Origin: Neodothiora populina
Taxonomy: Eukaryota
NCBI RefSeq assembly: GCF_041146345.1
Contig: NW_027191415.1
Location: 1-64,000, forward strand
DNA: 64,000 bases
Direction: 5' to 3'
In this document: positions 23,585-35,360 of the stretch, one piece after another
How the letters are laid out: each line of letters begins with the position of its first letter
Numbering within the stretch: position 1 is the first letter of the stretch
Program-made: the position numbers and the translations under genes
Notes under the pieces: generated by a model
Database searches by the model: none
What the model saw: only the letters and a program-made list of their open reading frames with translations
Told to the model about the DNA's origin: nothing

Positions 23585-24426
23585 GAGCGACTTCCTCCAA
23601 CATTTCTGTTGCAAATCTTGGCATTCGTCCGCTCTTTTCCCACAAAATAAACTCCGATGTCCGTCACTCAACTCGAGCGGGCAACTCCCGTCTGCAACGC
23701 AACATTCAGGGAGCATCCTCTCAAGGCTTGCATTAATCACATTGTTAATACCGAGGCTCTCAACAGTCGAACTTGTGGGATCGACATATCGACATGTTCT
23801 TCTTCCAGCATAGCGGACATTATCGACAGCTCCCGCCGTGCATCTGTGCGGATCCTTCGACCAAAAACCCTGCTGTTCTACTTTGTCATACCTGTAGATA
23901 AATTTGGGTGCAATCTATATGTCTGCCCATACTTGTACAGGAGAGTCGCATGTATTGGTTGTATCGTATAAGGCGTCCACTCGCAGATTGTCTCAGTCCA
24001 CGGAAGGGCCCTTTCCATCTGTGGAACCTGCGTTAGATCAAGCCTAGCCTACCCTGGTCGTGCCTCTACTGCATGTTTCGACAATCCACCTTACCGTAGG
24101 AGGACATGGTACGGCGGTTTTAGCCCCCCATTCTAATTATAAGTACCCGCACTGCCGTCAGGTCTCCATCGCTCTCTTGTTCCTTCGAACACAAATGACG
24201 TGAAAGTCATGCCGCGAAAGGAAGGACGACATCAAGCTTTCAAATGCCTCATCGACTAGTGAGTGGATGAGGTGTGGATCGACTGACCGACCGACCGACC
24301 GACCGCGAATAATGCCTCCTTCGAGTCACTTGATCAAGTATATAAAGCCCACGCCGCTGTTCGTGAATTTTGTCTCCTCATTCTCATCGTAAATTCTCAT
24401 TCTGGCTCACTGCAATCCTCGTCGAG

Positions 24427-25786
24427 ATGGTTACTTGCAAGAGCTTTGGCATCGCAGTCGCTGTTTTCCTGGCACAGGCTCCAGTCAGACATGCACTCTG
24501 CGACAAAGAAGTATTTGCCCATCTGATCATCGGCAACACCTATGGCTATACACAGGCAGACTTTTTGAACGACATCAAGGCCGCTCATAACGCAGGCATC
24601 GATGGCTTCGCTCTCAACATAGCTACGCCCGCAGTCTTCCCAGCCACGGATGAATCCTTGAACAACGTTTATTCTGCCGCCGAGCAGTACAACAATGGCT
24701 TCAGTCTGTTTCTTTCCTTCGACTATGGTGCCGCACCTGACTGGGATCCGACCATGATCATTTCATACATCAACGAGTACAAGGATAGTGCAGCGCAATT
24801 CAAGTACAACGGCAAGCCTTTTGTTTCCACATTCGAGGGTCCAGGTCATGCGAGTAATTGGGATGACATCAAGACCCAGACGGGTTGTTTCTTCGTGCCC
24901 GACTACTCGAGTCTAGGAGCGAGTGCTGCTGCCGCCCTTCCGGAAGTCGATGGACTCTTTTCCTGGGACGCTTGGCCCAATCATGAGGACAGCGTTCCAA
25001 CCGCGGATCAAGACGTGAGCATGCTGTGTATCGAGATTGACGTATGAATACTGACGCATAAACCAGTACCAAAATGCCTTGGCTGGTCGTCCGTACATGA
25101 TGCCCGTCAGTCCTTGGTTCTATACGAATGTCTATGGCAAGAACTGGATCTGGCACACAGACGAACTTTGGTCTCTACGTTGGGACCAGGTCTTCCAGTT
25201 CAACCCGACATTTATCGAGCTGCTGACCTGGAATGACTGGGGCGAGAGTCATTATATCGGTCCTCTCACGACGATAACTTCAGATATCCCGGCGGGAGCG
25301 CAATGGTATACCTCAAACATCCCTCACAACGCATGGTTGAACGATCTGCCATATTATGTTGCAAAGTACAAGAGCGGTGGAGTGGAGCCTGCTGCGAGCT
25401 CGTATACTCATCACATCACGTTCTGGTACCGACTCAATCCAAAGGCAGCATGCTCGGCTGATGGTACGACATGCAACAGCGCAGAGAACGGTCAAACGGA
25501 ATACCCTGTCACGGACTGCGCCACGGATCAGATCAACTTTGCCATTTTCACTCCGAGCAAGGCGACCGTCACGGTCACGGTGGGCGGGGTCGCTCTCCCC
25601 GTGCAGACTGCAACGGCGGCTGGTTTGTTCCACGGTAGTGTTCAGTATGGGTCGGCGAGGGGTGCAGTGGTTGTGTCGGCGAGCATGAGCGATGGATCGA
25701 CTATGGAGACCGCGGCAGGGCCCGACATTACCGACAGTTGTACCGATGGAAACGTTAACTGGAATGCTTGGGTGGGAGGTAGCTGA
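24427..25786 (+). CDS. Secreted alpha-1,3-glucanase, GH71 (exons 24427-25014, 25067-25786)
   Basis: VFAHLIIGN, GIDGFALN, LFLSFDY, GKPFVSTFEG, YMMPVSPWFYT, TWNDWGESHYIGP; signal peptide; the intron restores the frame. Confidence 0.94.
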
Positions 25787-26128
25787 AGGGGTCGTGACGC
25801 GAGCCGCGGGGGTGTAGACCTGTCTACCTATGTAGACTACGTAGACTTGACGAGAATACTGCAATTTCATGGCAAATGTCTCCACCCGTCATTGTCATTG
25901 CCAGACATCAACGATTGCGATTCATCCTCTGTTCTAATCTACGGAGTCCAGTAATCAAGCAGATGTTTATAAGGTAGACATAAAAGGTAGAGGTGAGAGA
26001 CAGGGTCCCGGTCAGTACCTACAGTAAGGTACCTTATCAAAGAGAGAGCGGTCTTGGCGCGGGCAGTGGTCCCGACGTCAGCGGGGACCGACTTGTCTTG
26101 TTTAGGAGTTGCCTGCCTCAAGGTACTG

Positions 26129-26172
26129 TACTGTCTATCTACTCTACCTTTACTGTCTATCTACTCTACCTT
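26129..26172. repeat. 22-bp perfect tandem duplication upstream of SEC17
   Basis: TACTGTCTATCTACTCTACCTT x2. Confidence 0.9.
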
Positions 26173-26322
26173 TGTGCCATCAACACCACCATATTGCAAA
26201 CCTTGCGCTCTACTCCAGACGCAGAACAGTCAAAGCTGCAGAGACAAAACAAGTCGACATCATTTCGAGAGACGTAATTCTGCATAATCAACAAACGACG
26301 AGACGACCACGCCAACGACAAG

Positions 26323-27381
26323 ATGGCCCAAGACCCTAGAGCTCTGCTCCAGAAGGTGCCCTACTGCTGAGACAGAGAGAAAAGGGCAAAGAAAAGGGCT
26401 GATGAGAGAGACAGGCAGACAAGGCAGCAGCGAGCGCGGGTTCGGGCTTCAGTTTCTTCGGCGGCAAGACGGACAAGTACGAGAACGCAGTCGAGTTGTA
26501 CACACAAGCGGCCAACGCCTTTCGCATGCAAAAGCAAGGTATTTCTCTCTGATATTCCAAAGAGAGAAAGAAGCGAGAAGGTTGACGAGAAACGCCGAAA
26601 ACAAACAGGCAAATCAGCAGGACTCGCCTTCGAGCAAGCCGCGCAACTGCAGACCCAAAAACTCAACGAACCCGACGACGCAGCCAACACGCTGACCGAA
26701 GCCTTCAAGGCGTACCGCACCGAAGAGCCCGAGGAGGCGGCGCGCGTGCTCGAGCTGGCCATCTCGCACTACACGCTCAAGGGCAACTTCCGGCGGGCGG
26801 CGACGCAGAAGCAGAATGTCGCCGAGCTGTACGAGGTGACGCTGGGCGACAACAAGCGCGCGCTCGAGGCCTACGAGACGGCGGCGTCGTGGTACGAGAG
26901 CGACAACGCAGAGGCGCTGGCCAACAAGTTGTTTCTCAAAGTCGCCGATCTGGCCGCGCTCGAGGGCGATTACTACAAGGCCATCGAGCAGTACGAGAAG
27001 GTGGCCAGGTCGTCCATCAACAACAATCTGATGAAGTGGTCGGTCAAGGAGTATCTGCTCAAGGCGGGCATCTGTCACTTGTGCACAGGAGTGAGTTTTC
27101 TCTTTTCTTTTTGTCTCGTTGATGATTAAATAATTGTACAGGACATGGTGGGCACGACACGAGCACTCGAGAGCTACCAGGACCTCGACAACACCTTCCC
27201 GTCGACGCGCGAGTGCCAGCTGCTCAACGACCTCAAGGAATCCGTGGACCAGGGCGAGCAGGAGATGTTTGCCGACAAGCTCTATCAGTTCGACCAGATG
27301 AGCAAGCTGGACAAGTGGAAGACGACGCTGCTGTTGAGGGTCAAGAATGCGATTGAGGAGAAGGGCGAGGATTTCTCGTAG
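26323..27381 (+). CDS. SEC17: Alpha-SNAP vesicle fusion protein (exons 26323-26355, 26415-26538, 26609-27090, 27142-27381)
   Basis: MAQDPRALLQKADK...GFSFFGG..KYENA; GNFRRAA; MKWSVKEYLLKAGICHL; TRECQLL; SKLDKWKTTLLL; three canonical introns. Confidence 0.96.
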
Positions 27382-27775
27382 GTTCGAAGGAATGCCTTCG
27401 TTCTCGTCTCCTACCCTGTCCTTTGTTGCCATACAATACAGGCAAAGTAGACTTTTGACAGCAGTAGGATGACGATGTGGGCTCATATACAGAGCGGACA
27501 CGGGTGTTTGGGTGTGGGTTGCTCTGCAGGCGTAGTATAGTGTGTGTCCTGTATTCTGTATTCTCTCCCCGCAGTTTCTGTGGACTGTAGCAGTCTTGTG
27601 TCGGGGGGTTTTGTATCGTTCCATTACGGTGGTTTCTTGCCTGTGAAGCAAGCGACTCTTCCTTCCTTCCAGACAGACAGACGGACAGACGGCCGGACGG
27701 GGCGAATCCTTCTCGCAACTGGAAGTGGTGGTGGATGTAGTCGTAGTGAACCAGTCGAGTCTTTTGAGATCAAGA

Positions 27776-27817
27776 TCATGGGTTCTCCTTGTTGTCATCC
27801 TTCGGTTCCTTGGTGGG

Positions 27818-27851
<34 letters not shown>

Positions 27852-28216
27852 GAGCTACGACCGCCGAAAGCACTCCCGAAAGCGCCGAGGCCGAACCAGC
27901 CGACACTCGGTTTGGCAGCAGCGGCGACGTCGGCTTTCGTTTCCTCGAGTGTCTGCTTGACTTCTCGTCCTATGGACTGGTCGTTTGAGATGATTGTGGT
28001 GCTTGTGGTAGGGCTGTCATCATCGGGAGAAGAATGCTGGGTTTGGAATTGGCCCGATTGTTTCTCTGCGGCTTGTCTCTGGAATTCGGGACCCAGAGTC
28101 GCGTAGGCTGCAGTTCGATTAGAGTTGGTCAGTCCGATGGAGGAAGAGAAAGACTTGCCAGTGCAGACACCGCAGACTGTGGCGAGGATCGGGCCTGATG
28201 CTCTTGCGAGAGACAT
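27776..28216 (-). CDS. Small protein with N-terminal hydrophobic segment and poly-Ser; probable GC-AG intron 28158-28108
   Basis: The spliced product MSLARASGPILATVCGVCTAYATLGPEFQRQ gives one continuous hydrophobic helix; donor G|GCAAGT, branch CTGAC/CTAAT, acceptor CAG. Confidence 0.7.
27818..27850. repeat. (ACT)11 microsatellite encoding poly-Ser on the - strand
   Basis: Direct read. Confidence 0.9.
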
Positions 28217-28437
28217 GGTTGATTTTTTGTAAATTCAGTTGCTTGCCTGAGATGAAATTGGGTGGAAATTGTGGTATAGGGTATAGCCAGTCAGAGTGAA
28301 GCTGCATGTGTTTTGGCAAATAATGGAAGGAGCAGTACTGTAGCTCGAGAGTTATGAGCGTCATGCCAAGCCTCTCGGGAATCTTTAATGTTTCCAGCGT
28401 CGTTGGAGACGGGAAGGAAAGTGAAAGGACGAAACGA

Positions 28438-28453
28438 ACGCGTCTGGACGCGT
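28438..28453. promoter_or_regulatory. Tandem MCB (MluI cell-cycle box) elements upstream of MMS22
   Basis: ACGCGT at 28438-28443 and 28448-28453, ~310 bp upstream of a replication-repair gene. MBF-type G1/S control is inferred. Confidence 0.6.
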
Positions 28454-28760
28454 CTCTCTCTTCAGGGTTGGAATATTGCTCATTGCTAGAATACTATCCA
28501 TCTGCCACTTTCTCAGAGTAGAAGGTGCAATTACTGCTTCTGTAAACCCGTAACTGCCTGGACTGTACACCTGCATCTTACCTGGCGATTTATCCCACAC
28601 ACGTACACTCACACAACATAAGGTACCTTACCTACAGATATTCGACATATCCCATATCTGTGCTCGTCCAACCAGTGCCATGCTCCGCTTCTGATCTCTT
28701 TCCTTCTTCTCTCGTCTTTCTTTCCTTCACATGACATCGACATGAAGCACGAGCCCACCA

Positions 28761-31700
28761 ATGTCGGTATGGAGAGAGCGTGGTTATGTCCCAGACTCGG
28801 ATGAAGAAGAGGAGGAATCCGGTGGTCTTTTCTTTGACCGCAACGATGGCCATGACGATGACAGAGACACAGATAGACGGGGCAAGAGACATGATGCACA
28901 CGATGATGGAGGTCGGAGCAGGGATAATACACCTTCCGACGTCGCCAGTCAAGAGTTGGGTCTGAGTGCACAGAGAAAGTGGCCTCAGGCATCCCAAGCT
29001 GTCCAGGCATCCACAATCGACCATGGCGATGACCACCTGTGCATCCTATCGTCAGACCACGACGAGGCGCCTCCCTCACCAACGCTGTCTATCCCGCGAC
29101 GCCACGACGATAACGACGACGGAAACAAAGGTGGCCGACTTCCCAAGTTGAACAAGTACACCAAGATAGAAAACCCCAGCCTCGAACCCATCGTTGTCAT
29201 TCCGCAATACCCATCCACTACCGACGTCGGAAACTTCTTCCCCAGCAGTCTGCCCACAGACATTGATGTACCAGAACTGCCACCGAGCTCGACACCTCTG
29301 CAACCTCAGTCTCAACCTCAACCTCGGCCCGACAGTCCCTCCCTCGGGCGCCGCGCCTCGGTGTCGAGTTCCGATCTCTCTGATGTCGACCTGCACATCC
29401 TCGCCTCTTCGCATCCTCCTTACGACCGTTTCTCATCCACACACGATGCTGCTTTCCGCGCCTTGGCTGCTCCCGTCCGCAACTTTCGAACCCGCAAAGC
29501 CATCCAACTGCACCCCTACCTGCTCGAGCAAGAGAAATACCGTCAGGCACTCAAGGCTCGTGGCTATCGACCCGTCCACGTCGCCACTTCCCAGCAGAGA
29601 CCGCAGGATCACGCCGAGGACACGCAAGAGCAGGAATTCAACAACGATGGCTTCGTCGTGTCAAACAGTCAGAAAGCCACTCAGGAAACCACGCCGCCAG
29701 ACTCGTCTGAGTCCTCTATGCCGACCCAAGTCGTTGCCACCCAGTATCCACGCTACCGTCGCGATCGGCCTCTACTTCGCTTGAGCAGCAGTGATGAGGA
29801 AGAAGCCGGAGGGTATGAACGACCCCTGCCTGCTGGCATCCAGTATGGCGCCAAACGCCGCAAGACTCTCGACACTCCCGTCACCTCGGCCCACTCGCTG
29901 CCTCATCCTTCCTCGGCATCTGCCTCAACGGGCAAACTTCCCTCTCTTAGTCTTGCTCAGCGATCACTGTCGCTCCATGCTCCGTCTTCACCGCCCTCGA
30001 CCTCTAGTCCGCCCAGCCTCGACGACACCCCGCTTGCTGTTCCTCGCTTCAGACGACCACGAGGGCTGACGCCACTGGCCATCGAGACCCCTGTACCCTC
30101 CTCTCCGCCGCCGCCGGGGCGCACTGAATCCTCTCGTCGCCCTCCTCAGACCTTGTCAGACTCGGACTCCGATCGCCCTTCCAATCCATCAGCATCGCCA
30201 GCTCCCGCGGCCGAGGAAATGGACATACAACGCATGAGGAAACGCATCAGAGGCGTGCTGCCGGCCTCGTGGCTGAACCTCGATCGCAAGACGCAGCGGA
30301 CACCGTCTCATCCCACGCACAACCACAAAGACGATACCCCGAAGCCTCCCGTTCCCGTCAAAGGTGTCGCACAGCGTGTCAGCTCTGCGAATGCAAGTCT
30401 ACGGAGGAAGTCGACCATTGTGCTTTCTGACGATTCCGAAATGTCCGACGCCTCCTTGCCCAAACTCCCACCCATTGACGGCCCTGCAACGACGCCACAT
30501 TCTCCTCGGCTACGACAGTTGAAACCCTTTGATGACACTGCCGAGGTGGAAGAATACGATGAAATCGACCGTATGCTGCCAAACCCTACACGCGCGAGCA
30601 ACAGTAAAAGAAGCAAGAAGACGCAGTCCAGACTGACGGATGCTTTTGTCAGAGCGAAAGATGGCGAGCACCAGCGAAATCGTGTTTCTGGGCCTACGAC
30701 CACGGGCAGTGGTAATCGAGCAGGAGCCAAGAAGATACGACCGTGGACGAGACGACCCCAACGGCCGGTGCAGCTCAGTATCCTTGATGTCAACCCAGAT
30801 GTCACCAGACAACCCAAAGGTCAACCCAAGTTCCTCCGTCTCGCCGCTCGTCAAGCTCGAAAGAGGCCCGATCTTGCACGCCAGAGCCCCACGCAAAAGA
30901 CTGTGCGTCTGGCCACACACGACGACACCCTGGATGCCGTGCTCCCACTCAAGTCATGGCGAGAAGGACGACTCAAGCCGGCAACCTTTGTAGACTTGTT
31001 CGACGAAGAAATTGACCCAGCGGATCGCATGTCCTTGTCGACCAGCACGTCAATCAGGAGGGCCTTGGAGCGGGCAAACATGAGCACGCATGCCCGCATC
31101 GCATCAGATACCAGCAGGAATGCCATTGCAAAAGCCAAAAGGCGTGCTCTCAGACCGAAGCAAGCATTTGCGACCAGTTTACGTCCAGGCCAACTCGAGA
31201 CCATGACGTCGAGACAAGACCCCGATCGTGACCTCCTGACTTTTGCTCCGCCGCCCTCCCGTCTTTTGCAGATCTTCCGCAAGGACAGAGCCGACGGTCC
31301 ACCCTTACGCTTCCGCCTCGAGAGGTTCCTCGAGGATAGAGACACCGTCACTGCAGGCGGTGAGGCGGACAACAATGGAGATGTCGCCATGCAGGACGTT
31401 TCTGCCGTAGAGAATCGCTCTGCACCCAGGAAAGGGCGCAAGCGCTTGGCGCGTCGTGTGGACGTCGAGCTCCGTACATTTCGCCAACCTAGTGAGCCAA
31501 TTCCGGTTGAGATTGCGAGCGACAGTGCACCCCCGCTCATAGTCAATGCTTGCGAGGTAATTGACGAGGCGACGTTACAGGGTCTGGGTCCTTCTGGAAC
31601 ACGCTATCCTGTTGACTTTGATGTACGACCTTTGGAGATGGGCACTTACTTCCACCCGAGCACTTTCATCGGTAGCGGGGGTCTCGCGGATGCTCTTTCC

Positions 31701-34700
31701 ATAGAAGAACGTGACCTGGATCTGCCGGCAGGACGAATCACTATCCCTCTTAGAGAGCAAACCCTGGAATGGAGTGGGTGGAATGAGGATGTCTCAGCTG
31801 GGCTCGCAAGCATTCTTGAATTCTCAAGTTCCAGCTTACAGTCACTATCCGACGTCCAGGATCACGAGCGCAACCTTCTAGAAAACCTTTCCTCCTGGAC
31901 CACTATCGATCGTGTTCTCAAATTGATAATCAAGTACTGCTCTGAGTGCTTATACTTTATTGATCCCGTTGATCGACTATCTTGCCTCACTAGGTTTTCC
32001 CGATTCGTCGCAGACTTTGAGGAAATCCTCCAAGATCACGCGTCCAACCTCAGGCAGGTCCCAGATCACGCCGTCCGCATGGAGAAAACACTACTGGATT
32101 CCACATTGTACTTGCTGTGTCTCCGCGCACAGCTGGTTCATATTGCGCAGCCTCTTGGAGTGGATATACAGACACAGACAGATCTCATGCAGAGGCTGAC
32201 GAAGACGGCTCGCAACGTTCTGTCTATCTGCTTTCCTAAGCATTTCTCTGCCCTGCGGTCTTTCCTGGAAGATCACAGACGTCATGCCAGGCGAGAAACT
32301 GGCATACATGACAACGAAATGGCTGTCAAATGTGCCGTGGTTGTCAATCACGTCTTATCCTCGGTGTCATCGCCTATGAGCCTCTCGGGTCTTCTTTTCG
32401 AGCAGTACACCAGCAGCGCACACCTGTCGAACAGCGTCCGAACACTGGATCAGATCTGGTACGATATTTTCACTGTGCAGCCAATCCTCGAGCTTGATCG
32501 GCGAGGAATCTATCATCCGGGTAGCCGATACCAATCTCCGAATGAAGCCTGGGCTGCTGTACGAAGCTTGCTGGATCGTTCTCTGAAATTGTCCGCCATC
32601 ACCGTGCGGTCTGGAAGAAGTACAACAGCAAACGAGTATGTGCGTACCTGCTTCTCGCGCGTGTACCAATTCATTACGCGATGGGGCTGGCGTCAGTGTG
32701 AAACGGTCCTCGGTGCAATCTACGACTTCTTTGCCCGAAATGGTTTCCGCCACTTGCACGAAGAGCAAGTTCGAGGTTCTCCACAATTCCTAGAGGATCT
32801 CGATAAGACACCTGAGATCCAGCTGGACAATGCCGATCCTGCATTCCACATCTTCTTGAAACTACTCGTGGTGGGAATCCAAGCTCTGCAGACAATCCTT
32901 CCAAAGCACAAAATCCGTGGCTTCGCCTGGAGATTCATACCTAACCATGGGCGGACTTACCAGAAAGACCAAGAGCTTGTCCAATCGGACTTGGACGCGC
33001 TGCGTAACAACCACGACCTGCTATGCACTCTCTACTGGGTATTGCCACCGGGGAGTGGACCACGCTTACAGATGATTCAGAGCCTTGTTGATCACACTTC
33101 TTCTCATCAAGAAGCCTGCCGACTCTCAGTCCATGCATGGGCCTTATTGGCGAGATACCACACCGCGAACGGCCAGCGGTTCGATGATCTAAATACGCTA
33201 GCTGCGTGGTTCAAGGATATGCTTGTAACAACCATGTCTCAATATCGTCTGGCACGCTCCGAAGTCGAGACTCAGTACGCCGCAGAACGCGCCATGGGAT
33301 CCACCAGCATTACTGAAGCCATGGTCGAGGCAACAATTGCGAGCAATCAGCGCAGCATTCTAGCAATCGTGATGGATCTGTTGCATGCACTCCAACAAAC
33401 TGTCTGTGTTTCTACTTCGTGGGACATATCGCGTGAACTGTTGGAGCTTTCGGGTCTAATAGAAGTATTTGACCTCTTTGACGCCGCCCAACCGAAGGTC
33501 TTTGGTCCTATCGCTCAGGCTCTTGCAGTCGTCCAGGACCTTCACCATACCAAGCCAGCACCTCAGATCGTCGAAAGCCAGCCAACCACTGAAGATAGCC
33601 AGGAGTACGGCGATTGGTCGTACCTCGAAGATATCGAAGACGGGCTTGTCGAGACTACTGTAGAAACCCGAAATTCTGCTATGGGCTTTGTCCATGGTCC
33701 GTCGGCCAAGTTGCTATCTTCAGCATTCGGCTCGGACACGAGCCCCGACGACGACTTGCTGAAGACACTGGTGGATACATGGCACTTGATAGCATCATAT
33801 CACGTCAAAGAGGGCGTCAACGAATGGCATCATTACTTGGATGCTTACAGCCCGAACTCATGGTTCCAGCTGCGCCTCACAGACCAAAGGCGGAAATACA
33901 CGGCTTACTTCTTGTCAGTCGTCGTTGATGGCACACCTTCGATATTGCAGGAGCATCGGGCGATCTTCCTGGGGACTTGGCTACTGAGTCTGTTGGAGCG
34001 GGAGTCGTTGCTGAAGTTCCAGCATACGCTCACGAGCAGCTTACTCAACGCCATTCCAGACGATGTTCTGCTGTATAATCTGCCGTTTGCGTCTGATGGT
34101 CGTACTGGCCGCTACAACATCAGCTTGACCGATCTCCGTGCGCGACGCGAGAGTCTTGTCGAGTGCATTCTGTCGAACATGCAAGCCTCGTATTCGAACG
34201 CTATCGAGTCAATGTCTAGTACCACGCAAGAGATGAAGGCCGAATACGCCGAGATGCTCAAACAGGCCATGACCTTTATGCGGAAGAATTACGAAGAGCT
34301 CCAGCAAGCATCCTCGACAAGGGACGACACTCGAAGCACTGCTCAAGGTGCATATGTCTTGTTCGTACAAAACATCATATCCTCGATGCAACAGTACACG
34401 TTCGATATATGCAAGATCGACAAGTTCTTTGTCGATTCTTCTGCATTCCCGCTGCCTTCCCATGATCCCACCTATGTCGTTGGGCGTCTGAAACGCTATG
34501 CATTCAAGCTCGAGAACTCGAGGGCGCGCAAAGAATTGTCGATGTTTATGCAGACGGTCAGCGAGCGAGCAGCCCTTGACAATGAGCAGATTTATCTTGC
34601 TGGTCAGCTTCACCAGGCGATGACCGGTAGGGGAGCAGTAGCGTTGCGGACTTTCTTGATGTCTACCATTTTCCCGGCATATATTGAAGCCGCACAGACT

Positions 34701-35360
34701 CACATTTGTGGATGGATCCTTGCCTTACCTCTGATTCAAGCGACAACCGCAGTATTCCAAGATCTGTTCTACGATTTTAATGCTCAATCAGACATCGAGG
34801 CCAATATTGGAGCTTTAACCGCCATGCTTTCTGCGGTACTTCGGATGAATCTACGATGTGTACAATATCCAAGTCTAGTTGAGCAGCCGCATATATTGCA
34901 CCTACTCGGTACTTCTTTCCGATTGAGTCAGTCTTGTCTGACGGTGGTCGATCACGTCAAGCGGAGGAGTGAAGAGGCCGTGGAGCCTGCACAGATCATC
35001 CATCTATTCTTGCTGCTGGGCCGACTTCTCCAGAACCTCTTCCCATTCGTCGACATGGCCGAGCATCCAGACCTTGACAATCCTCCTAGGATACCTCCAC
35101 CTCGACACGGCGACGCTGCGAGATTTAGCAGTGACAATCTCCGCAGTGACCTGGACAGATACTGGGCGAGGCGCGGTAGCGAATACTTTGTGATTCGTGG
35201 CAACAATACAAGAGAAGTTCAAGTGGATTTGGGGCCGATGGAATTCGAACGAGATATTGCCATGCAAGCGTTGGCAGACTTTCTGAATGATTACGACGTC
35301 ATCTTCATGCGTCGACCGAGAGTCGAAGATGCGAGCATGATACCAATGGTATTTTTATGA
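28761..35360 (+). CDS. MMS22: Mus7/MMS22 family replication-fork repair protein (2199 aa, intronless)
   Basis: Family motifs WRERGYVPDSDEE, RNFRTRKAIQLHPYLLE, IRGVLPASWLNLD, FHPSTFIGSG, PNHGR.Y, LDALRNNHDLLCTLYW, FPLPSHDPTYVVGRL. Confidence 0.9.
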   Translation: MSVWRERGYVPDSDEEEEESGGLFFDRNDGHDDDRDTDRRGKRHDAHDDGGRSRDNTPSDVASQELGLSAQRKWPQASQAVQASTIDHGDDHLCILSSDHDEAPPSPTLSIPRRHDDNDDGNKGGRLPKLNKYTKIENPSLEPIVVIPQYPSTTDVGNFFPSSLPTDIDVPELPPSSTPLQPQSQPQPRPDSPSLGRRASVSSSDLSDVDLHILASSHPPYDRFSSTHDAAFRALAAPVRNFRTRKAIQLHPYLLEQEKYRQALKARGYRPVHVATSQQRPQDHAEDTQEQEFNNDGFVVSNSQKATQETTPPDSSESSMPTQVVATQYPRYRRDRPLLRLSSSDEEEAGGYERPLPAGIQYGAKRRKTLDTPVTSAHSLPHPSSASASTGKLPSLSLAQRSLSLHAPSSPPSTSSPPSLDDTPLAVPRFRRPRGLTPLAIETPVPSSPPPPGRTESSRRPPQTLSDSDSDRPSNPSASPAPAAEEMDIQRMRKRIRGVLPASWLNLDRKTQRTPSHPTHNHKDDTPKPPVPVKGVAQRVSSANASLRRKSTIVLSDDSEMSDASLPKLPPIDGPATTPHSPRLRQLKPFDDTAEVEEYDEIDRMLPNPTRASNSKRSKKTQSRLTDAFVRAKDGEHQRNRVSGPTTTGSGNRAGAKKIRPWTRRPQRPVQLSILDVNPDVTRQPKGQPKFLRLAARQARKRPDLARQSPTQKTVRLATHDDTLDAVLPLKSWREGRLKPATFVDLFDEEIDPADRMSLSTSTSIRRALERANMSTHARIASDTSRNAIAKAKRRALRPKQAFATSLRPGQLETMTSRQDPDRDLLTFAPPPSRLLQIFRKDRADGPPLRFRLERFLEDRDTVTAGGEADNNGDVAMQDVSAVENRSAPRKGRKRLARRVDVELRTFRQPSEPIPVEIASDSAPPLIVNACEVIDEATLQGLGPSGTRYPVDFDVRPLEMGTYFHPSTFIGSGGLADALSIEERDLDLPAGRITIPLREQTLEWSGWNEDVSAGLASILEFSSSSLQSLSDVQDHERNLLENLSSWTTIDRVLKLIIKYCSECLYFIDPVDRLSCLTRFSRFVADFEEILQDHASNLRQVPDHAVRMEKTLLDSTLYLLCLRAQLVHIAQPLGVDIQTQTDLMQRLTKTARNVLSICFPKHFSALRSFLEDHRRHARRETGIHDNEMAVKCAVVVNHVLSSVSSPMSLSGLLFEQYTSSAHLSNSVRTLDQIWYDIFTVQPILELDRRGIYHPGSRYQSPNEAWAAVRSLLDRSLKLSAITVRSGRSTTANEYVRTCFSRVYQFITRWGWRQCETVLGAIYDFFARNGFRHLHEEQVRGSPQFLEDLDKTPEIQLDNADPAFHIFLKLLVVGIQALQTILPKHKIRGFAWRFIPNHGRTYQKDQELVQSDLDALRNNHDLLCTLYWVLPPGSGPRLQMIQSLVDHTSSHQEACRLSVHAWALLARYHTANGQRFDDLNTLAAWFKDMLVTTMSQYRLARSEVETQYAAERAMGSTSITEAMVEATIASNQRSILAIVMDLLHALQQTVCVSTSWDISRELLELSGLIEVFDLFDAAQPKVFGPIAQALAVVQDLHHTKPAPQIVESQPTTEDSQEYGDWSYLEDIEDGLVETTVETRNSAMGFVHGPSAKLLSSAFGSDTSPDDDLLKTLVDTWHLIASYHVKEGVNEWHHYLDAYSPNSWFQLRLTDQRRKYTAYFLSVVVDGTPSILQEHRAIFLGTWLLSLLERESLLKFQHTLTSSLLNAIPDDVLLYNLPFASDGRTGRYNISLTDLRARRESLVECILSNMQASYSNAIESMSSTTQEMKAEYAEMLKQAMTFMRKNYEELQQASSTRDDTRSTAQGAYVLFVQNIISSMQQYTFDICKIDKFFVDSSAFPLPSHDPTYVVGRLKRYAFKLENSRARKELSMFMQTVSERAALDNEQIYLAGQLHQAMTGRGAVALRTFLMSTIFPAYIEAAQTHICGWILALPLIQATTAVFQDLFYDFNAQSDIEANIGALTAMLSAVLRMNLRCVQYPSLVEQPHILHLLGTSFRLSQSCLTVVDHVKRRSEEAVEPAQIIHLFLLLGRLLQNLFPFVDMAEHPDLDNPPRIPPPRHGDAARFSSDNLRSDLDRYWARRGSEYFVIRGNNTREVQVDLGPMEFERDIAMQALADFLNDYDVIFMRRPRVEDASMIPMVFL

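Noticed and set aside
22342..23667. 441-aa alternative-frame ORF overlapping UTP7, plus long antisense ORFs over GH43, SEC17 and PRE8
   Set aside because: Expected by-product of GC-rich codon bias in real genes; Arg/His-rich with no motifs.
26356..26608. Purine-rich SEC17 introns lacking a 3' polypyrimidine tract
   Set aside because: Common in fungal introns; donor, branch and acceptor sites are normal.
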